The notes: generated from the sequence alone by a model not told the origin. DNA of 50,843 bases from an uncultured Burkholderiales bacterium (GCA_964473355.1 CAYYOS010000002.1:1-50843); one strand, 5' to 3'; numbered from the stretch's first letter, positions 21,984 to 32,129 are shown. Translations and numbers: made by a program.

Positions 21984-22933
21984 TCGCGTGGCACATTAAC
22001 CTGATTCAATATCGATTCGGTTAATTGTTTTCTATCGACCCCGGCCAACATGGCGTCCGCGGTTAAAATTAAGCGATGCGGCATGACCAGCGGCGCAACA
22101 GATTTAACATCATCCGGCGTAACAAATGCTCGATCCTGCAGCGCTGCTTCAATGCGTGCACAACGCATTAGCGCTAAGGCACCGCGAGTAGATAAGCCCA
22201 AACTGGCGTGGGCATGGACCCGGCTAGCTGCTGCGATATCGGTTACATATTGGTAGATACCATCCGATACATGCACACCAGAAATATGCTCCCTAGCCTT
22301 AAGAAGATCGAGGTCTTCTGTAATTTCGCGTGCAACACCACGATCGGCGTGACCGCCGCCCGGCAAATCGTAGGCGCGCAAAACCGCTTGTTCCATACTA
22401 GGCTCGGGATAGCTCATGTCGAGACGCAGTAAAAAACGATCCAGTTGTGATTCCGGTAAGGGAAAGGTGCCTTCGAACTCATGGGGGTTTTGCGTGGCGA
22501 TGACAAAGAAATTTGGCGGCAGTGGATACGTTTGGCGGTCTATGGAAATGCCGCCCTCCTCCATTGCCTGCAGTAAGGCGGATTGGGTTTTGGGTCCGGT
22601 GCGATTAATTTCATCGACAAGGACCACGTCTGCAAATAAGGGACCGGGCAGCAATTCGAATTTGCGGGTCTCGGTGTTATAAACATGAATACCGGTCATG
22701 TCCGACGGCATAAGGTCGGCGGTGCATTGAATGCGCTTAAACTGCCCATTAAGCCTCGCCGCCAAGGATTTTGCCAATAGCGTTTTGCCGATCCCCGGCA
22801 CCCCTTGCAGCAGCACATGTCCCCCGGCTATTAATGCGATACTGATGCCACGGATTATCTCATCTACCCCAAACACCGTTTGGCTTAAATGATGACGTAA
22901 GGTATTGGCAAATTGCTGGGCGGGTGTACTCAT
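21980..22933 (-). CDS. MoxR-family AAA+ ATPase
   Basis: 317 aa. Walker A GVPGIGKT, Walker B VVLVDEINR, and the ATQNPHEFEGTFPLPESQLDRF segment are diagnostic of the MoxR/AAA_3 group. Confidence 0.92.
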   Translation of the reverse strand: MSTPAQQFANTLRHHLSQTVFGVDEIIRGISIALIAGGHVLLQGVPGIGKTLLAKSLAARLNGQFKRIQCTADLMPSDMTGIHVYNTETRKFELLPGPLFADVVLVDEINRTGPKTQSALLQAMEEGGISIDRQTYPLPPNFFVIATQNPHEFEGTFPLPESQLDRFLLRLDMSYPEPSMEQAVLRAYDLPGGGHADRGVAREITEDLDLLKAREHISGVHVSDGIYQYVTDIAAASRVHAHASLGLSTRGALALMRCARIEAALQDRAFVTPDDVKSVAPLVMPHRLILTADAMLAGVDRKQLTESILNQVNVPRE

Positions 22934-24183
22934 GTAAGACTTTTCCTTATGTTGTAAATTAGGCGTGCGAACCGCACTAGCTTGGGTTTAGTGGTAGCTA
23001 GATTAGAATAAATTTGTTGCAGCGCCCCTAAGTCTTGGCGATCCACGCGCGCAACGCCCTGGAGAATTTCCCACACAGGCTCACCGGTTAAGGGCAGGTG
23101 ATAACGTCGCCGCACTTCGTTAAAAAATCGCTTCGCTAGCTCTTTGGCGACGCTGGCGGATGAAAGACGGCGCGCATATAAACCTCCCACGGCTCGCGTG
23201 AAATCCACTGCCCGCGTTCCCTGGGGAAAGACATTGAGCGGCGCGAGCCGATTGCTGCGGCCGACCAAATAAAGCAGCCACAACCCTACCAAAATCAAAA
23301 GCGTATAGTGCAAACGGCGATCTTTGAAAAAAACGTCGGGGTTGTAAAGGTCAGAGACGCCTTGGTGCATATCGTCAAAAATTACTCTACCGCCAGCGAC
23401 GACAGTTGCGCTGATTAGATTGGCAATCAATCGCGCATTGTCTCTATCGCCCAGATTCGCGTTACCTAGCCAATTTCCATAGCGGCTGATCCAGCCGGTT
23501 CCTTGGCCAACTCTAATTTGCCAAAAGGCCGGCGCATCCGTGGCTTCCTCACGAAGTAAGACAAATGCAGTTCGATAACGATCTTCTGCTCGCAACACCA
23601 CATCGCTAACTGCGTTCGCAGCAAGGGTGACCTCGATTTTTTGTACCGATTGAAGAAGAGGTAATGATTGATATGGGCGCAGCGCCAGTTTTTTTGGCTC
23701 GCCGCTAACAAAAATGCGGGGGGTTTTAGCGCTTTTGGCAGCCGGCGTTTTAGGCTTGGTATCCGCAGGCGAAAAATAGAAACCCAAATCAGACAAAACC
23801 GGGTCCATCATCGCGCCTAGCCACTCCGCTTCGCCGCCGTTCATTAGCACCAAAATATTGTTGCCTTCTCGTATCCAATCCAGCAGCACTTCTCTTTCCC
23901 GATCACGCGCCGGCGCAATGCTGGGTAAATGGACGATCAATAGATTTCCGCTTTGCGGCAAGCTGGCGTCTGCTAATAATTCATCGTAACGGTTGCGTAG
24001 GCTTTTGGTCGCCCCGCCACTTTTCTCCAGCCAGCGCTTTAGGCCTAATAAGCCATGGTTGCCATGATCTGTGCTAACCGCGCGCGACGGCGGCGGTTCG
24101 TTGGCTGGAGGCGGGATCAGCAACGTAATGACTAAGTAGAGTGCGAAAATGCCACCCAACAGCGTTATTAGTCTATCTTTCAC
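22930..24183 (-). CDS. DUF4350-like membrane protein
   Basis: 417 aa. N-terminal TM, then a periplasmic-type domain beginning STDHGNHGLLGLKRWLEKSGGATKSL, then a second TM (HYTLLILVGLWLLYLV) and a C-terminal tail. Both the architecture and the position upstream of MoxR match DUF4350 proteins as I recall them. Its start is 45 nt from the upstream gene, and its stop overlaps moxR by 4 nt. Confidence 0.55.
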   Translation of the reverse strand: MKDRLITLLGGIFALYLVITLLIPPPANEPPPSRAVSTDHGNHGLLGLKRWLEKSGGATKSLRNRYDELLADASLPQSGNLLIVHLPSIAPARDREREVLLDWIREGNNILVLMNGGEAEWLGAMMDPVLSDLGFYFSPADTKPKTPAAKSAKTPRIFVSGEPKKLALRPYQSLPLLQSVQKIEVTLAANAVSDVVLRAEDRYRTAFVLLREEATDAPAFWQIRVGQGTGWISRYGNWLGNANLGDRDNARLIANLISATVVAGGRVIFDDMHQGVSDLYNPDVFFKDRRLHYTLLILVGLWLLYLVGRSNRLAPLNVFPQGTRAVDFTRAVGGLYARRLSSASVAKELAKRFFNEVRRRYHLPLTGEPVWEILQGVARVDRQDLGALQQIYSNLATTKPKLVRFARLIYNIRKSLT

Positions 24184-24228
24184 TGTCGCTACATTTATTT
24201 TTCATGGTAACCTCATTAACAAAACCTT

Positions 24229-25179
24229 TCATTTTGCACCCGAATAATTTGCGCCCAGCAGATCACGGCTCTCTTGTAAGAGCGCTTCCATATCTATGGC
24301 GCTCACCTGCCGCCCGCCGTAGAGAATCGGGTCCAGCGTCAAAATAAAATGCTCGAATGCGCTACCGTAGGGTTGCTCGCTGCGCTTAAGGTTTGCGGAA
24401 AGTTCGCGGTTAGTGAGTCCGGCATTTCCGGGCAGGAGCGCGCGCTCAACCAAGACGTAGATGACCAGTTTCAACAACGCTGCGGGCCGTTGTTGTAAGG
24501 GTAGACTTAGCACACCGTCCAGTGTTGGTATTTCTGTTTTTGGCACCGTGGCGCGGAACCCAAATTGCGGACGCGCAAAAAGACGGCTGCGCCATTTAAA
24601 ACTGCCGCCACCCGCGCGCAGCTCGTTTCCTATCACTATCAGCGCTAACAATAAAATTAATCCAATGGCGCCTTTAAACAGTAACTCCGCCAGCCATCGA
24701 GGAGGAACAATTTTTTCCAGAAATTTAATGAGCCAGCTCATATCACCCGTCTGGTCCTGTTGCGCGAGTTTGGCTTGCATCCACTCCTTAAAACGTTGCC
24801 ACCAATCGACCTTGGGTTTTGGGCCAGCGATTAAAGTACTAGCAAGTAACGGTTTTAACCCCGAAAAGTCAAACTGAGTGGTGGCAGGGACAGCCACTTT
24901 CGCAGCGCGCAGCAAGGATTGCAAATCCATAAGCTGATTGAGACTCGTCTCATCACCGATGCTCTCTTGCATCGGCCATGCCTTGCCTTCTTTAGACAGC
25001 GCTGATTTTAGTAATGGGCAAGCTTGACTTAACTTAAACGATTGATTAATGGATGGCGCGCGCGCTTCATCAAACCTAGATTCGATGCAGGCGCCGAGAC
25101 TGGCTTCCAGTGCGACGTTTTCCGCGGCTAAAACACAGGTAGAGAAAATCGCACTAACGGTTAAAACGGTGAAGCGCAT
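24229..25179 (-). CDS. DUF4129-like protein with signal peptide and one internal TM
   Basis: 316 aa. Signal-like N-terminus (MRFTVLTVSAIFSTCVLAAE) and TM (AIGLILLLALIVIGN). The C-terminal segment LTNRELSANLKR...FEHFILTLDPILYGGRQVS resembles the DUF4129 motif (T..E.......F......Y.Y.G). Confidence 0.55.
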   Translation of the reverse strand: MRFTVLTVSAIFSTCVLAAENVALEASLGACIESRFDEARAPSINQSFKLSQACPLLKSALSKEGKAWPMQESIGDETSLNQLMDLQSLLRAAKVAVPATTQFDFSGLKPLLASTLIAGPKPKVDWWQRFKEWMQAKLAQQDQTGDMSWLIKFLEKIVPPRWLAELLFKGAIGLILLLALIVIGNELRAGGGSFKWRSRLFARPQFGFRATVPKTEIPTLDGVLSLPLQQRPAALLKLVIYVLVERALLPGNAGLTNRELSANLKRSEQPYGSAFEHFILTLDPILYGGRQVSAIDMEALLQESRDLLGANYSGAK

Positions 25180-25192
25180 GCCCTAAGGAAAT

Positions 25193-25963
25193 TTAGGAAC
25201 GAGGCGCAAGGCGCGCCTCGAGGTCGTGTCCCTCACTTCTAAGTTTTAGGTCGTGATATTGGACGATCATCACCGAATAAATTAATGGCGTAATAATCGT
25301 GCTGATTACCGCCGCAACTAACTCGGTGATTAGCTTAAACCCAACTGAATCTAAAGCGCCGCCCGTAGCCATAAACACCCCCACGGCGATACCAAATCCC
25401 ATATAGACCACCAATAGCATTATCCAATATACCGATAATACGGTTAAAGTCCGCCACCATTTTCCCCAAACTAAGCGATGACTATGCTTTAACGATTGCA
25501 CCGGCGATTCGTTGTCTAACACAACGCCCGTATACCAAAAGTACAAGCTCACGGATAGAATAATTCCGGGAATAATAAGGAGCACGAAGCCCACCATCAA
25601 AATTAAAACATACAAAATTATTCCTACGATAATAGGCAACAGGGTCTTCGCGCCACGCATTAACGCTTCCGATAGGCTTACAGACCGCGATTCGGCGACA
25701 CCCTGCATTTGATATATAAGGCCCGATACTAAGATAAAATATATAGGGAGGAGCAACACCAACCATATCATTGATTGACGCATGGCGGCACTCGCGGATT
25801 CGAAGTCACCTGACGTTTCGGTCGATAACATGCCGGGAATTGCCATTAAGAGCGCGCTCATAAAAGATAAGAGCAATACTTTCTTAAAGGCGGCGGCATA
25901 CAACTTAAAACTGTGATCCAGGACTTGACCTATGGTTTGAGGCTGATTGGACAGAGTAAACAC
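25193..25963 (-). CDS. YciC/UPF0259-like (GPDPase-membrane-domain-like) polytopic membrane protein
   Basis: 256 aa. The layout is colinear with E. coli YciC: an N-terminal soluble cap, then paired TM hairpins. The central segment LLIIPGIILSVSLYFWYTGVVLDNESPVQSLKHSHRLVWGKWWR aligns with YciC [42 protein letters not shown]. It is the first gene of the MoxR operon. Confidence 0.5.
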   Translation of the reverse strand: MFTLSNQPQTIGQVLDHSFKLYAAAFKKVLLLSFMSALLMAIPGMLSTETSGDFESASAAMRQSMIWLVLLLPIYFILVSGLIYQMQGVAESRSVSLSEALMRGAKTLLPIIVGIILYVLILMVGFVLLIIPGIILSVSLYFWYTGVVLDNESPVQSLKHSHRLVWGKWWRTLTVLSVYWIMLLVVYMGFGIAVGVFMATGGALDSVGFKLITELVAAVISTIITPLIYSVMIVQYHDLKLRSEGHDLEARLAPRS

Positions 25964-26135
25964 GTGACCCCCTTTTTATAAATTTCTGTTGGAATTCCCG
26001 CGCACGCCAGGCTTTTCACCAATATTACCGGCAATAATAAATAATGACAAACCGATGCCAGGGTTGCACTCGGCTCTTGAAGTTTAATAATGAGGATTAC
26101 TGCATCTTTAACCGGTTAGCATTTATAGTAAACGT

Positions 26136-27089
26136 ATGCACATTGCCTTAATCACCCCTGCGCCCCCATTATCTCGCTTAGGTAACCGCAACACGGCGCA
26201 GCGCTGGGCGTTTATGCTTAAAAAGTTGGGCCAGCAGGTCACCATACAACAGGTATGGGACGGTAGCCCCTATGATCTGATGCTTGCCTTGCACGCCAGA
26301 CGTAGTTACGCCTCTATCAAAGAATTTGCACTACGCTTTCCTACTCGACCGTTAATCGTCGCCCTTACGGGCACTGATCTATATCGGGATATTCAAACAG
26401 ATGCCCAGGCTCAGGAATCTTTGCAGTTGGCGCATCAACTGGTAGTTCTGCAAGAATTGGGGCTAGCGGAATTAAGCCCGGAGCTGCGACAAAAGACCAG
26501 GGTGATCTATCAATCCGCTAAGGCGCTAGCCCGCGGGCCTTTTAGAAAACGCAGTTTTGATATTTGTGTTATCGGCCATCTGCGGGATGAAAAAGACCCG
26601 TTCCGCTGCGCGCTGGCGAGTCAGCACCTCCCCTCTTCCTCGAAAATAAAAATTCGCCATATGGGTAAAGCCATGACCGAACTCGCCGAGCAAGAGGCCC
26701 GAGCATTAATGGCGCGCTTACCTCGCTATCGCTGGTATGGCGAATTACCCCAAGCGCGAGTACGACAGGAGTTGGCCCGCTGTCGGCTGATGGTCATTAG
26801 CTCCAAAATGGAAGGCGGTGCGAATGTGGTCAGTGAAGCGTTAAGCGCCGATGTGCCGATCATCGCTTCGAATATTTCAGGCAATGTCGGCATGTTGGGC
26901 CCCGATTACCTGGGCTACTATCCTTTGGGTAACGAAACAGCCTTAGCAACCGCGCTAAGCCGCGCAGAATCAGATAAAAAATTTTATGAGCAGCTACAAA
27001 ACCAGTGTCGCCTGCGAGCAAAACGAATTACGCCAGAGCAAGAATTGGCGGGATTAAAAAAAATAATTTCGTTTAGGAAGGTGCAATAA
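26136..27089 (+). CDS. Short GT-B glycosyltransferase, possibly TIGR04348/SenB-like
   Basis: 317 aa. The C-terminal half has the GT4-type nucleotide-sugar motif region (KMEGGANVVSEALSADVPIIASNISGNVGML). The N-terminus MHIALITPAPPLSRLGNRNTAQRWAFMLKKLG and the small size resemble my recollection of the TIGR04348 family. The family assignment is not verified. Confidence 0.7.
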   Translation: MHIALITPAPPLSRLGNRNTAQRWAFMLKKLGQQVTIQQVWDGSPYDLMLALHARRSYASIKEFALRFPTRPLIVALTGTDLYRDIQTDAQAQESLQLAHQLVVLQELGLAELSPELRQKTRVIYQSAKALARGPFRKRSFDICVIGHLRDEKDPFRCALASQHLPSSSKIKIRHMGKAMTELAEQEARALMARLPRYRWYGELPQARVRQELARCRLMVISSKMEGGANVVSEALSADVPIIASNISGNVGMLGPDYLGYYPLGNETALATALSRAESDKKFYEQLQNQCRLRAKRITPEQELAGLKKIISFRKVQ

Positions 27090-27132
27090 TATTTAGTAAC
27101 AAACAGCCGCTGGCTACCAATACCAATAACAA

Positions 27133-27576
27133 TTAACTCAGCAAGCCAAGCACAACCGTGATCAGCCCCAGCATCAGATTAACCCCGACCAAAATACGAA
27201 TTTTTGCTAATGCCTGTGCGCCCGCCGGCCAGTTTTGCGCTGTCACCGCTACTGTCAGCCGCACGTAAAGGGCGAAATATACATAGGTAAAAATTCCGGT
27301 CATGGCAAGCCCTGCTATCATCATTAGCCACACGCTAAGCGGCACGACGTTAAACCCGCCGATGCGCCAGATCATATAGAATCCGCTCGTCAGAATAAGG
27401 GCGACGGCTAACCACACCCAGGTGAAAAAAATCTGAAAGGTCGCACGCCACAAGCTCAGGCGCTCGGGGGGTTGAAGCGTTTTCACCGCTGCGGGGCGCA
27501 GGGCAACGTAAGCGAAGAACATGCCGCCCACCCAAACCACCACACCGAATAAGTGCGCGGCTAGGGCGAAACTCAT
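27133..27576 (-). CDS. Small 4-TM integral membrane protein, CopD-family-like
   Basis: 147 aa with four hydrophobic helices. The N-terminus [23 protein letters not shown] resembles short CopD-family proteins. Its start overlaps the rnhB stop (ATGA). Confidence 0.4.
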   Translation of the reverse strand: MSFALAAHLFGVVVWVGGMFFAYVALRPAAVKTLQPPERLSLWRATFQIFFTWVWLAVALILTSGFYMIWRIGGFNVVPLSVWLMMIAGLAMTGIFTYVYFALYVRLTVAVTAQNWPAGAQALAKIRILVGVNLMLGLITVVLGLLS

Positions 27577-28154
27577 GATAGGCTCGCAACTACCATGCGT
27601 TCATGCACGATGCGCACCGGCGCAAAGGTTTTACGATGAATATCGCAACAGCCGAATTCCTCTAGCGCACGCAAGTGTTCTGGCGTGCCATAGCCTTTGT
27701 GTCGATCAAACCCATAATTGGGATAGCGCGCGTGCAGTTCCACCATATAGGTGTCACGTTCGGTTTTAGCCAAAATCGAAGCTGCGGATATCTCACGAAT
27801 TTTGGCGTCACCACCAACGACCGCTCGGGAAAAAAATTTAACCTGCGGACAAAATAAGCCATCCACTAAAACCTCTTGTGGCTCAATGTGCAAACTTTCA
27901 ATGGCGCGCTTCATTGCCAATAACGTTGCCTGCAGAATATTTAGGCAGTCTATTTCTTCTACCTCCGCCCGGGCTACGGCCCACGCTACCGCACGCGCTT
28001 TAATACGCTCGGCAAGAATTCTGCGGCGTTCCTCAGGAAGAATTTTTGAATCCGCCAGACCCCGAATCGGGCGGCTTTTATCAAGGATGACGGCCGCAGC
28101 AAACACCGCGCCGGCTAAGGGGCCACGCCCCGCTTCATCCACGCCGCAGATCAT
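27573..28154 (-). CDS. rnhB: Ribonuclease HII
   Basis: 193 aa. The N-terminus [23 protein letters not shown] and DSKIL motifs are diagnostic. It follows lpxB, as in E. coli. Confidence 0.95.
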   Translation of the reverse strand: MICGVDEAGRGPLAGAVFAAAVILDKSRPIRGLADSKILPEERRRILAERIKARAVAWAVARAEVEEIDCLNILQATLLAMKRAIESLHIEPQEVLVDGLFCPQVKFFSRAVVGGDAKIREISAASILAKTERDTYMVELHARYPNYGFDRHKGYGTPEHLRALEEFGCCDIHRKTFAPVRIVHERMVVASLS

Positions 28155-28164
28155 CGCAACCCGC

Positions 28165-29334
28165 TCATGTGCGTAATTTTTTTAAATCGAGCATATTAAT
28201 AATTGCTTCCGCTGCTTTTTGTGCACTATTTTGCCGCAATTCCCGATGCATTTGCGTAAATTTCTTGATTAAATCTTTTTGCAAATCTAAATCAGCTAGC
28301 TGATCTATTAAGGCACACGCTAGACGCTGTGGTGTCGCCTGATTTTGCAAAATCTCGGGCACAATAAATGCATTGGCCAAGATATTAGGTAGGCCGATAT
28401 AGGGCAGTAAGCGTCGAGGCCACATGATCACGGCGGTTAACCAGGGTACCTTATAGGTTATTACCATGGGCCGTTTTAACAGCGCCGCCTCTAATGTAGC
28501 CGTGCCCGAAGCCACTAAGACTACATTGGCCGCAGTCATAGCGAGGCTTGCCTGCCCGCGAATAAGAACGATTTTTAGGCCTTCTGCGCGACAGCGTTTA
28601 ATTGCTTGCACCATTAGGCGCTCGGTTTCTTCACTAACTAAAGGCACTACAAAAATACTCTCGGGATATGTTTTCGCGATCAGTTTGGCGGTGTTTGCAA
28701 ACAATTCGCCATGCATTTGTACCTCGCTTTGCCGGCTTCCCGGCAATAGGGCAAAAATGGTGGCGAAAGAGTCCAATTTTAATTCTTGGCGGGCCAACGA
28801 CCTATCCGGCAACTCCGGAATAACATCCGCCAAAGGATGGCCTACAAAGGTGGCGGGCACGCCGGCCTGATCGTAGAGCGTTTTTTCGAAAGGAAAAACC
28901 AGAAGCATGTGAGAAACAGCACGAGCGATACGCCGGATGCGCTGCCCTCGCCATGCCCAAATGGAAGGGCTGATTAAATGCACCGTGGGGATACCGGCGG
29001 CCTTTAATTTTTCTTCTAGACTTAAATTAAAGTCGGGTGCGTCGATACCGATGAATAGATCCGGTCGATTATTTAGAAAATGGTTTTTTAAATTTTTTCT
29101 GATGCGGAGAATTTCAGGGATGTGGCGCAGCACTTCAACATAACCGCGCACCGCTAATTTTTCCATAGGATAGCGGGCAATAACACCGGCGGCGGCCATT
29201 TTTGGGCCGGCGATGCCCTCAAATTCCATCTTCGGATATAACTGTCGCAACGCCTGCACCAAATGAGCGCCTACCATGTCGCCGGACGCCTCGCCGGCTA
29301 CGATGCCGATTCTTATCGGCACACTATCTCGCAA
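28165..29334 (-). CDS. lpxB: Lipid-A-disaccharide synthase
   Basis: 389 aa. [11 protein letters not shown] start motif, DAPDFNL, and [13 protein letters not shown]. In the lpxA-lpxB-rnhB order. Confidence 0.95.
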   Translation of the reverse strand: MRDSVPIRIGIVAGEASGDMVGAHLVQALRQLYPKMEFEGIAGPKMAAAGVIARYPMEKLAVRGYVEVLRHIPEILRIRKNLKNHFLNNRPDLFIGIDAPDFNLSLEEKLKAAGIPTVHLISPSIWAWRGQRIRRIARAVSHMLLVFPFEKTLYDQAGVPATFVGHPLADVIPELPDRSLARQELKLDSFATIFALLPGSRQSEVQMHGELFANTAKLIAKTYPESIFVVPLVSEETERLMVQAIKRCRAEGLKIVLIRGQASLAMTAANVVLVASGTATLEAALLKRPMVITYKVPWLTAVIMWPRRLLPYIGLPNILANAFIVPEILQNQATPQRLACALIDQLADLDLQKDLIKKFTQMHRELRQNSAQKAAEAIINMLDLKKLRT

Positions 29335-30094
29335 TACCGCGGGAGGATTGTTCTAAAAAATCCAACAGGATCTGAATCTCGGCACAGACGGAAACTTGGG
29401 TAGCGAGCTGCTTCTTCGCTTCTTCTAAAGAAAGCCCGGATTTGTATAAGGTTTTATACGCCAATTTGAGTTGCGCGATGCTGGCGGGCGTAAAATTCCG
29501 TCGTTTTAGACCCACTGTATTAATACCCCGCACTTTAGCGTCCCCGCCCGTCACTAACATAAAAGGGGGTATATCTTGAACCACCACCGTGCTAATGCCT
29601 GTCATACTCTGCGCGCCGATGCGACAAAACTGATGCACGCCGGTGAAACCCCCTAACATCGCGTAAGAATCGATATGCACGTGACCCGCCAACTGCACAC
29701 AATTGGCCAAAATAGTATTATCCCGCACATGGCAATCATGCGCGATATGCACATACGCCATAATCCAATTGCCATTGCCTATCGAAGTGACGCCGCCGTC
29801 TTGAATGGTGCCGATGTTAAACGTGCAAAATTCGCGTATGGTGTTGTCATCGCCAATTTCTAAACGGGTGGGCTCATTCTGATATTTTTTGTCCTGCGGA
29901 ATTTCACCCAAAGACACAAATTGGAAAATTCGATTGTTTTTGCCTATCGTCGTATGCCCACGAATTACGGCGTGCGGGCCGACCGTGGTGCCGCTGCCTA
30001 TGGTTACGTTTTTTCCGATAACTGAATACGCCCCCACGCTGACATTAGCGCCGAGTTTGGCCCCGGCTTCGATTAAGGCGGTAGCATGGATCAT
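29324..30094 (-). CDS. lpxA: Acyl-ACP--UDP-N-acetylglucosamine O-acyltransferase
   Basis: 256 aa. Hexapeptide-repeat N-domain (IHATALIEAGAKLGANVSVGAYSVIG...), an MAYVHIAHDC motif, and a helical C-domain. Confidence 0.95.
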   Translation of the reverse strand: MIHATALIEAGAKLGANVSVGAYSVIGKNVTIGSGTTVGPHAVIRGHTTIGKNNRIFQFVSLGEIPQDKKYQNEPTRLEIGDDNTIREFCTFNIGTIQDGGVTSIGNGNWIMAYVHIAHDCHVRDNTILANCVQLAGHVHIDSYAMLGGFTGVHQFCRIGAQSMTGISTVVVQDIPPFMLVTGGDAKVRGINTVGLKRRNFTPASIAQLKLAYKTLYKSGLSLEEAKKQLATQVSVCAEIQILLDFLEQSSRGIAR

Positions 30095-30103
30095 CGCGGG
30101 GAA

Positions 30104-30553
30104 TTACGTTGCACTCGGTAATGTGCGCAAGGTGCACATCAAATCCGCTCCGGTAACCAGTACATCGTTGACTTTGGCCTGCGCGCTGTACTTCCAGATT
30201 TTGGGGTTGGTCCGGGTAATCTGCACATGCAAGATCAGCTGGTCGCCGGCCGTCACGGGCTTTTTAAAACGTGCATTATCGATCCCCACGAAATAATATA
30301 AAGACTGGGTGTCGGATTTGCGGTTCATACTTTTGAATGACAAGATGCCCGCCGCTTGAGCAAGCGCTTCGATTATCAATACCCCAGGCATGACGGCGTG
30401 ATGAGGAAAATGGCCCATGAAAAAAGGCTCATTTATGGTGACATTTTTTAGCGCAACTATACTTTTGCCGGGCTCACATTCCAGCACGCGATCTACCAGT
30501 AAAAACGGGTAGCGATGGGGTAAGTACTGCATGACTTCTTGAATGTCCATCAT
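30104..30553 (-). CDS. fabZ: 3-hydroxyacyl-ACP dehydratase
   Basis: 149 aa. [13 protein letters not shown] and [23 protein letters not shown] motifs. Confidence 0.95.
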   Translation of the reverse strand: MMDIQEVMQYLPHRYPFLLVDRVLECEPGKSIVALKNVTINEPFFMGHFPHHAVMPGVLIIEALAQAAGILSFKSMNRKSDTQSLYYFVGIDNARFKKPVTAGDQLILHVQITRTNPKIWKYSAQAKVNDVLVTGADLMCTLRTLPSAT

Positions 30554-30555
30554 TA

Positions 30556-31605
30556 TTAAGCGGGGCCTCTCTCCCGTTTTTCTAAGTTTTCGAATCGGGT
30601 TTGCAAAGCGTCGAATTTTTCTGCTAACTCACCCAAGCGCCTTAACTGCACCATGTTTTTTAGCCAGATTTCATGCGTAGTGAAGGGCACGCCGGAACTA
30701 TAAGCGCCGGGTTTGGTGATAGATTTGGTTACCAATGTAAAACCGGAAATGTGCACATCATCGCAGATTTCTATGTGCCCGACCAAGCCCGCCCCGCCCC
30801 CGATAGTACAGCGGCTACCTATTTTAGCGCTGCCGGCAATACCGACGCACCCGGCGATAGCCGTGTGCGCACCGATTCTAACGTTGTGGGCAATTTGAAT
30901 TTGGTTATCAAGCTTAACGCCTTCTTCAATGACGGTGTCCTCGAGCGCACCGCGATCTATGGTGGTATTCGCGCCAATTTCTACATCATCTCCGATTACG
31001 ACACGCCCGACTTGCGGAATCTTTACCCAACGGCCCGCCTGTTGGGCCAGACCAAATCCATCCGCACCGATTACAGCGCCGCTATGGATGATGCAACGCT
31101 GAGCGAGAATGCACCCCGCCTCCACAACGACGCGGACATGCAGGTGCGTAGCATCACCGATTTGGGCACCCTCCCCGACGATGCAACCCGCCTCGACAAT
31201 GCAATGTTCGCCTAGAGTCGTTTTACTGCCTATCACCACTAAAGGTCCAATATGGCAAGAGGCGGGCACGTTAGCATCCGGGGCGATAATCGCGCTTGCA
31301 TGTACCCCTGGCAAAAATACCTTAGGCGGATGAAAAAAATCCAGCAGGCGAATGTAATACGCCTGCGGATCATCGCTGACTATGCGCGGGCGTGCCGTGA
31401 GTGTCTCGTCTTTGGCACCGAGTATCACCGCGCCCGCTTGTGTGGATTTTAAGTGATGCCGATATTTGGGATTGGCATAGAAGCTTAACTCCGTCGCTCC
31501 CGCGGAAGAAAGCGGTGCAAGCTTATTAACGGTTATGTCCTCGCCAATAAGTTTGCCACCAAAACGTTGAACGATTTCCGAAAGCGTGGGGGTGGGAGTA
31601 ACCAT
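30556..31605 (-). CDS. lpxD: UDP-3-O-acylglucosamine N-acyltransferase
   Basis: 349 aa. N-terminal uridine-binding-like domain, long hexapeptide repeat region ([41 protein letters not shown]), and a C-terminal helix. Confidence 0.95.
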   Translation of the reverse strand: MVTPTPTLSEIVQRFGGKLIGEDITVNKLAPLSSAGATELSFYANPKYRHHLKSTQAGAVILGAKDETLTARPRIVSDDPQAYYIRLLDFFHPPKVFLPGVHASAIIAPDANVPASCHIGPLVVIGSKTTLGEHCIVEAGCIVGEGAQIGDATHLHVRVVVEAGCILAQRCIIHSGAVIGADGFGLAQQAGRWVKIPQVGRVVIGDDVEIGANTTIDRGALEDTVIEEGVKLDNQIQIAHNVRIGAHTAIAGCVGIAGSAKIGSRCTIGGGAGLVGHIEICDDVHISGFTLVTKSITKPGAYSSGVPFTTHEIWLKNMVQLRRLGELAEKFDALQTRFENLEKRERGPA

Positions 31606-31625
31606 TCAGCTTAGGAATAACGCGG

Positions 31626-32129
31626 CTATTTGTCGGCCAAAGCCTTCAACACTTTTTCGGTGATATCCAAGCGCTGGCTGATGTACACCGCTTCTTGAAT
31701 AATTAAATCAAATTTTTCTCGCTCAGCGAAATCATTAATTGTTTTTGTTACCCGCTCTTGGAATTGTGCGCGCTCTTCATTTTGCCGCAGATTTAAGTCC
31801 TCGCGGAATTCTCGTTGCGCGCGTTGCAAGTCGCGGTTTAGGTTTGCCGCATCCCGTTCCTTGTTGCGCCGCTCAGTCTCACTCATGGTTATATTTTCGC
31901 GTTCCAAAAGGCTTTGGACTTCGCGGAATTGTTTTGATAATTTTTGAATTTCTTGTTCCCGTGCTGCAAATTCCTTTTCGAGTTTTTTAGCCGCACGGAC
32001 TGCAGGCGCCGACTCTTTTAAAATACGCTCGGTGTTTACCACACCGACCTTTAATTCCGCTAGTGCTAAGGATGGCAACAGGCATACCGCCAACCCGCAT
32101 GATAAAATCATTCGACTTTTTTTCACCAT
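31626..32129 (-). CDS. skp: Periplasmic chaperone Skp (OmpH family)
   Basis: 167 aa. Signal peptide, then a lysine/glutamate-rich coiled-coil body. Located between bamA and lpxD. Confidence 0.85.
   Translation of the reverse strand: MVKKSRMILSCGLAVCLLPSLALAELKVGVVNTERILKESAPAVRAAKKLEKEFAAREQEIQKLSKQFREVQSLLERENITMSETERRNKERDAANLNRDLQRAQREFREDLNLRQNEERAQFQERVTKTINDFAEREKFDLIIQEAVYISQRLDITEKVLKALADK

Noticed and set aside
25986-26010. ggaattcccgcgcacgccagg in the divergent region between the MoxR operon and the glycosyltransferase gene, considered as a possible remnant of the attcccgc hairpin module.
   Set aside because: Only one arm is present, with no complementary partner nearby. The similarity is too short to distinguish from chance.
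30673-31215. 180-aa plus-strand ORF antisense to lpxD. Similar long antisense ORFs occur at 34840-35502 (in rseP), 40283-40817 (in tsf), 27751-28176 (in rnhB), 2543-2914 and 28466-28870.
   Set aside because: Each lies fully inside a confidently identified gene on the opposite strand and has no recognisable motifs. Such shadow ORFs are expected at this GC content.
29324-31605. Periodic nucleotide-level repetition in lpxA and lpxD.
   Set aside because: It is explained by the left-handed beta-helix hexapeptide repeats of the encoded acyltransferases and is not an independent DNA repeat.
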